Positions 23,926 to 27,973 of a DNA stretch of 27,973 nucleotides are shown piece after piece (within the stretch, counting starts at the first letter, position 1; each line of letters opens with the position of its first letter). The notes beneath the pieces are model-generated. The model saw only the letters and a list, made by a program, of their open reading frames with translations. It was not told the origin of the DNA and made no database searches. Made by a program: the position numbers and the translations under genes. This DNA is from a virus (taxonomy: Duplodnaviria > Caudoviricetes): positions 1-27,973 of the IMG/VR virus record IMGVR_UViG_3300010376_000107; one strand, written 5' to 3'.

Positions 23926-25206
23926 TCGGCCGCGCCAAAACTCGCGCAGCTGGCCCGGCATGTCGAGGTCGAGGCAGAAGCGGGCGTAGCTCTCGGCGAA
24001 CACTTCCTCGGCGAGCTCCCGGCCGCGCGCGCCGCGCCGCCGGTGCGCCGTGTTCGCCATCGACTTGAACGCCGCCCCGGTGGCGAGGCCGGCCTTGACG
24101 AACGCGTCCCAGGTGGGGCCGTCGACCTCCTGCCCCCGGTGGCCCGCCTCGTGCAGCAGCATGTGGACGCGCTCGTCGAGCGGGCGCTTGGCGAAATTCG
24201 GCTTGAGGCCGATCTCGTCGTCGTCGGGGTCGTACCACGAGTGGAAGTCGTCGCCTTCCTGCTCGACCTCGCCGACGCGCGAGAGGCCGACGAGGTACTC
24301 GAGGCGGTCCGCCCGTTTCGCCGCCGCCAGCGCGCGGGCGTTGCGCTCGCTCAAGCCGTCCTCCGCGTCCCCGGGGGCGTCGGCCGAGTCGGCGATGGCG
24401 AGGCGGACCTGCGCGAGGCTCGCGCGCCCCTTGGCGGTTAGCATGTCCGCCGGCAGGTCGCGTAGGTTGAACAGCCACTGGTACTTGCAGCGGCAGAACA
24501 CTTCCTCGCCCGGCTTGGTGACCTGGTCGGCGTAGCCGGCCGGCCCGGGCCTCACGAGGCCCTCGCGCTGCGCCCACGAGCCGCGCACGAGGAAGACCTC
24601 GCCGTCGCGGTCCTTGTGGTCTTTCCGATAGTCGTACCCCGGCTGCCGCCAGCGCGAGCGCCACGTGCCGGCGATCGCGCCCCCGTCGGTGGCGATGATC
24701 TCCGAGAGGTTCGACAGGAACTTGTGCCCCTGGTCGATCGCCACGCGCCGCTCGCGGAACGGAAGCTGCGTGAGGCCCTTGCGGATGTCGCGCTTCTCGT
24801 CCGCCTTGTCCACGGCGCGCGAGCCCCCCGGGGGGATCGAGGTGGCCCACCCGCGGAAGCGCCGCAGCGTGTCGCTGATCGCCTCGCGCCGGTTGAGCTT
24901 GATGAGGTCGGCCGACGCCAGGATCCGACGGTCGAGCTCCAGGCGCAGGCGCGGCTTGACCTGTTGCAGGGTGAACCGGTCGGCGAGCCCCTCGCGCACG
25001 GCGCCGCCGCGCTCGACGAAACGGTCGTAGGTCGCCTGCAGGGCGTCGCGCAGGCGCCGTTGCGCCACCGCCTCGGGGACGAGGGCGTCGGCCGCGGCGC
25101 GCTCGATGCGCTCGACCCACCGCTGCACCCGTTCGGGCGAATCGTACCCGCTCGCCGCGATGTCGTTCACGGCCGCGGTCAACACCTCTTGGAACGTCTC
25201 GGGCAT
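23920..25206 (-). CDS. MuF/SPP1-gp7-like head morphogenesis protein fused to a C-terminal zinc metallopeptidase-like domain (428 aa)
   Basis: MuF motifs RRVAIDQGHK, W(RS)RW..YDYRKDHKDRDG and PGEEVFCRC. C-terminal LLHEAGH ... EEVFAESYA. Confidence 0.85.
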   Translation of the reverse strand: MPETFQEVLTAAVNDIAASGYDSPERVQRWVERIERAAADALVPEAVAQRRLRDALQATYDRFVERGGAVREGLADRFTLQQVKPRLRLELDRRILASADLIKLNRREAISDTLRRFRGWATSIPPGGSRAVDKADEKRDIRKGLTQLPFRERRVAIDQGHKFLSNLSEIIATDGGAIAGTWRSRWRQPGYDYRKDHKDRDGEVFLVRGSWAQREGLVRPGPAGYADQVTKPGEEVFCRCKYQWLFNLRDLPADMLTAKGRASLAQVRLAIADSADAPGDAEDGLSERNARALAAAKRADRLEYLVGLSRVGEVEQEGDDFHSWYDPDDDEIGLKPNFAKRPLDERVHMLLHEAGHRGQEVDGPTWDAFVKAGLATGAAFKSMANTAHRRRGARGRELAEEVFAESYARFCLDLDMPGQLREFWRGRL

Positions 25207-25238
25207 GATTCGCGTTTCACCGTGCGGAGGCTGAACCC

Positions 25239-25493
25239 ATGTGCTTCTCGTGGCAATGGCTCGGGCACCTGCTGGTGTGGCTCGTGATCGTGGTCGCGAT
25301 CATCACCATCATCCGCATCCTGGTCCCCTGGCTGCTTTCCTTGGCCGGGGGCGTCCCGGCCCCGATCATGGCCATCATCAACGTGGTGCTATGGGCCATC
25401 GTGGCGATCGCGTGCATCTGGATCGTCGTCGACCTGTTGTCCTGCCTGACCTCCGGGGGCGCCGGGTTCAGCCTCGCGCCGCCACACCGCTAG
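25239..25493 (+). CDS. Two-TM small membrane protein on the opposite strand (84 aa)
   Basis: CGGAGG RBS, two long hydrophobic helices and G/C-ending codons. Its stop overlaps the stop of the convergent gene. Confidence 0.8.
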   Translation: MCFSWQWLGHLLVWLVIVVAIITIIRILVPWLLSLAGGVPAPIMAIINVVLWAIVAIACIWIVVDLLSCLTSGGAGFSLAPPHR

Positions 25494-25726
25494 CTCCGCG
25501 TCGGCCGCCCCATGAAGGTGCGCACGAGTCCGCCGATCACGGCGGTCTGCACCTGGGGCGAGCCGGGCAGCGTCGGGTCGATGACGATCGCCCCGTTCAC
25601 GTACTCGGTCCCCGTCGGCCAGAGGTTGCCGTCCACGTCGTTGTGCGGGCCGATCATCACGTAAACCTGGTCGCCGACGAACTGGCTGCGGGGCGTCCCC
25701 TGGATCGGCACGTTGAAGTAACCCAC
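25490..25726 (-). CDS. Hypothetical protein (78 aa)
   Basis: GAGG RBS with GTG start just after the portal stop; normal codon bias. Confidence 0.7.
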   Translation of the reverse strand: MGYFNVPIQGTPRSQFVGDQVYVMIGPHNDVDGNLWPTGTEYVNGAIVIDPTLPGSPQVQTAVIGGLVRTFMGRPTRS

Positions 25727-25736
25727 GGCGGCGACC

Positions 25737-27299
25737 TCACCTCGTCGTCGAGTTGTCCCGCCCGATCATGCGCACGACCTCGTGGGTCGGGCCCTTGCCC
25801 CGGTGGCGGGGCAGGAAGCGCGGCAAGGCCGCGCCGGTGTTCGCGCGGTCGCCGCGCCCGGGGTTCGGCGCCTCGGGCTCGTCGCCCTGTTCCTCGGCGG
25901 CGAGCTCCGGCGTCGGCGGCTGCCACTCGCGCAGGGCGTCGACGTCGATCTCGAGCGGCGTCGGGACCATCATCTTGTTCGAGTTGAGCACGTCGGCCGC
26001 CCAGGCGAGGAGGTTCGCCTTGTTCTCGGGGTCCATGAGCGGCGCCATGACCTCGATGGTTTTCACCACCATCTCGTGGCGGACCTTCTCGGCCTCGGAT
26101 TTCTCGCTGTCCGGCTCGGTGAGCAGGTTCGGCCACTTCGTCTCGAAACTGTTGACCCACTCGTAGAACGCCTGCCGGTACGGCTTGCGGCCGTACTGGT
26201 CGGGGAACTCGCGCTGCAGGTCGGCGTAGAAACGCGGCGTCCAGGCGCGGTACTGCGCCACGGTGGTGAAGAACGCGTACAGCGGTTCCAGCTCGCGGCG
26301 CATGCGGTCGACGTACTTCGCGACGTACTTGGCGTCTTCGGTGCCCTCGCCGAACCCCTCGGCGAACGTCTCGGCGTTGAGGATCTTCGCCGGCATGTCG
26401 GCCGCGCTCGCGATGTTTTCCAAGATGTTCTTGCGCGCGAACCCGCCGGCGCCGTCGATGTTCTGCAGGTTGAGCGACTCGACCGCCTCCTCGTTGTTGA
26501 CGCTGAGCACGTTGCCGGTCGCCGCGCCCTTGAGCAGCGTGCGCTTGACGCCGGCGAGCGCCTGCATGGCGGCGTTGACGATCGACCCCGCCGGCTTGAG
26601 CTTCATGATGAGCAAGCCGGCCTTCGTCGCGATCATCTCGTCGGTCAGCATCGTCTTGATGAACGATTTCATCGGGAAGAGCGCGCGCTGGTAGACCGAG
26701 CGGCCGACGAACCCGAACGCCGAGGTCGTGAACGCGATGTAGATCGGCTGCTCGTTCATGTGCACGACGCAGCGCGAGGGGTGGACGCGCTGGCCCTGGA
26801 CCGTGATCCCCCCGGGGGATTTCATGAAGTCGGGCGCGCCCGGGTTCTGGTTGAGCACGAGCGAGCCCGACGTGTTGAGCGGGTCGTACACGTTGAAGGA
26901 GACCGAGAGGTTCGGCAGCTCCTTGAGGTCGACGGGCCGGTAGGTCGGCACGCCCTCGGCGATCAGCGCGACCGAGGCGATGCCGTACACGCGCGCGAGC
27001 GTCGCGACCTGGAAGATGACGTCCTCGGCCTTGAGCGCGCACCATTCGTCGACGAACGCGTCGCGCACGCGGTCGGGGCCGTTCTGCACCGTGACCTCGC
27101 GCGGCTGGCTCTGCGCCATGCGGATCGGCCACTCGGTCATTTTGAGCCCGAGCGGGTGGTACAGGTAGATGTCCTTGCAGAGCTGGTAGGAAGGGTCGAA
27201 GCCCGGCTGGATCTCGTCGGCCAGCAGGATGTTCATCAGGGCCGTGCCGAGGCCCGAGTTGCCGACCGAAACGCTGGCGGTGCCGTCCGAGCTTCCCAC
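25737..27299 (-). CDS. Portal protein (DUF1073-like, 520 aa)
   Basis: Size and position fit. ARVYGIASV, VHPSRCVV, FGFVGRSVYQRAL and ENIASAADMPAKIL..GFGEGTED motifs. GGGAGGGGAG RBS. Confidence 0.9.
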   Translation of the reverse strand: MGSSDGTASVSVGNSGLGTALMNILLADEIQPGFDPSYQLCKDIYLYHPLGLKMTEWPIRMAQSQPREVTVQNGPDRVRDAFVDEWCALKAEDVIFQVATLARVYGIASVALIAEGVPTYRPVDLKELPNLSVSFNVYDPLNTSGSLVLNQNPGAPDFMKSPGGITVQGQRVHPSRCVVHMNEQPIYIAFTTSAFGFVGRSVYQRALFPMKSFIKTMLTDEMIATKAGLLIMKLKPAGSIVNAAMQALAGVKRTLLKGAATGNVLSVNNEEAVESLNLQNIDGAGGFARKNILENIASAADMPAKILNAETFAEGFGEGTEDAKYVAKYVDRMRRELEPLYAFFTTVAQYRAWTPRFYADLQREFPDQYGRKPYRQAFYEWVNSFETKWPNLLTEPDSEKSEAEKVRHEMVVKTIEVMAPLMDPENKANLLAWAADVLNSNKMMVPTPLEIDVDALREWQPPTPELAAEEQGDEPEAPNPGRGDRANTGAALPRFLPRHRGKGPTHEVVRMIGRDNSTTR

Positions 27300-27320
27300 G
27301 CTCCCCTCCCCGGGGCGCCG

Positions 27321-27713
27321 CTACCCCGGGGGGCGCGGGGCCTGTTGCGCCGCCCCGCCCGCGACCGCCACGCTGGCGGGCACCGAGGCGAGGCCGGCCT
27401 CGAACTGTTTCTTGATCTCGGCCCGGTACCGGAACATCGTCGGCAGGTCCGCCGCCTGCATGCCGGCGCCGAGCGTGCGGCCGAGCAGGAAGGCGAGCCT
27501 CGTCATCACGCGGTCGAGCGGTAGGAACGCCATCAGCGACGCGCTCGTCCCGTTCACCACCACCGCGGTCACGGGACCGAGGAAGGCGTCGATCTGCGCC
27601 TCCACGGTGCCCGCCTTGCCGTTCTGCTGCTTGACCGGCTCGGGCGGCTGGCGCGCCGCGAGCCTGTCCGCCGTGAGCTGGTCGATCTCGTCCTTGGTCA
27701 TGTCCGGCGCCAT
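27321..27713 (-). CDS. Hypothetical protein (130 aa)
   Basis: GGGAGAG RBS; ORF track. Confidence 0.72.
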   Translation of the reverse strand: MAPDMTKDEIDQLTADRLAARQPPEPVKQQNGKAGTVEAQIDAFLGPVTAVVVNGTSASLMAFLPLDRVMTRLAFLLGRTLGAGMQAADLPTMFRYRAEIKKQFEAGLASVPASVAVAGGAAQQAPRPPG

Positions 27714-27750
27714 CGTTCTCTCCCTGCCTGCCTCGGGGCCCGAACCGCCT

Positions 27751-27973
27751 TTAGGCGCGGGCGACGTACGCGCTCACGTTGACGCTCGCGCCCGTGAACA
27801 CGTTGTCCTCTTGCCAGCTGAGCGAGCCGGAGACCGACACGCCCAAGTACTCACCCTCGCCGGGGTCGCGCACGACGGCGACGAACGCCTTCACGGCGTC
27901 CTCGGCCGCCTGGCGGTCGCTCGCGTGGGTCGGTTGACCGACGACGACCTTGTCCAGCTCGGCGGCGACTTCC
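27751..27973 (-). CDS. 3' part of a hypothetical gene (…EVAAELDKVVVGQPTHASDRQAA…VSVSGSLSW…VSAYVARA)
   Basis: Open frame from the window edge to TAA at 27753-27751 with G/C-ending codons; translated by hand. Confidence 0.7.
   Translation of the reverse strand, partial: EVAAELDKVVVGQPTHASDRQAAEDAVKAFVAVVRDPGEGEYLGVSVSGSLSWQEDNVFTGASVNVSAYVARA

Larger units (their letters stand above)
1..27973 (-). mobile_element. Myovirus-type phage/prophage virion morphogenesis module
   Basis: Co-oriented, tightly coupled genes (many ATGA/GTGA overlaps) in the canonical order portal, MuF, protease, capsid, neck, sheath, tube, chaperone, tape measure, baseplate, fibre. No att site or integrase is visible, so free phage versus prophage is undetermined. 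Confidence 0.95.

Noticed and set aside
25737-27299. Possible anti-CBASS (Acb1) label sometimes attached to DUF1073 proteins
   Set aside because: Size, position and motifs fit a portal, and I see no separate 2H-phosphoesterase domain with paired HxT motifs.
221-27524. Many long plus-strand and alternate-frame ORFs (e.g. 221..1810, 5540..7426, 11724..13634, 25782..27524)
   Set aside because: These are Arg/Gly/Pro-rich shadow frames expected in high-GC DNA. They overlap well-supported minus-strand genes and lack recognisable motifs.
1-27973. tRNA, rRNA or tmRNA genes
   Set aside because: Intergenic gaps are all short (under about 120 bp), and I saw no cloverleaf. The ssrA-like tag is in frame within a CDS, not part of a visible tmRNA gene.

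Overview
This GC-rich window holds an almost complete head-to-tail morphogenesis module of a contractile-tailed (myovirus-type) phage or prophage, read on the minus strand. Gene order is portal (DUF1073-like), MuF/gp7 head protein, NUDIX-DUF2213 protease/scaffold, head decoration protein, major capsid, neck genes, sheath, tube, frameshifted tail chaperone, tape measure with lytic transglycosylase, baseplate genes and tail fibres. Terminase, integrase and lysis enzymes are not in the window. The host is probably an alphaproteobacterium (inference). Most notable observations: (1) three virion-type proteins, including a tail-fibre protein, start with Sec-type signal peptides, and the two complete ones carry even numbers of Cys; (2) that fibre ends in a genome-encoded ssrA/tmRNA-like tag (ANDNFPLGFARKAA); (3) a possible protease-processed head-cargo system marked by R-x-D-[A/D] junctions, alongside NUDIX and zinc-peptidase fusions; (4) one beta-rich module recurs in four structural proteins; (5) a GGCAGGCA motif recurs in gene leaders; (6) a ParA-like ATPase and a lone antisense membrane-protein gene are inserted in the module. 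All family calls come from motif recognition and gene order, not database searches.
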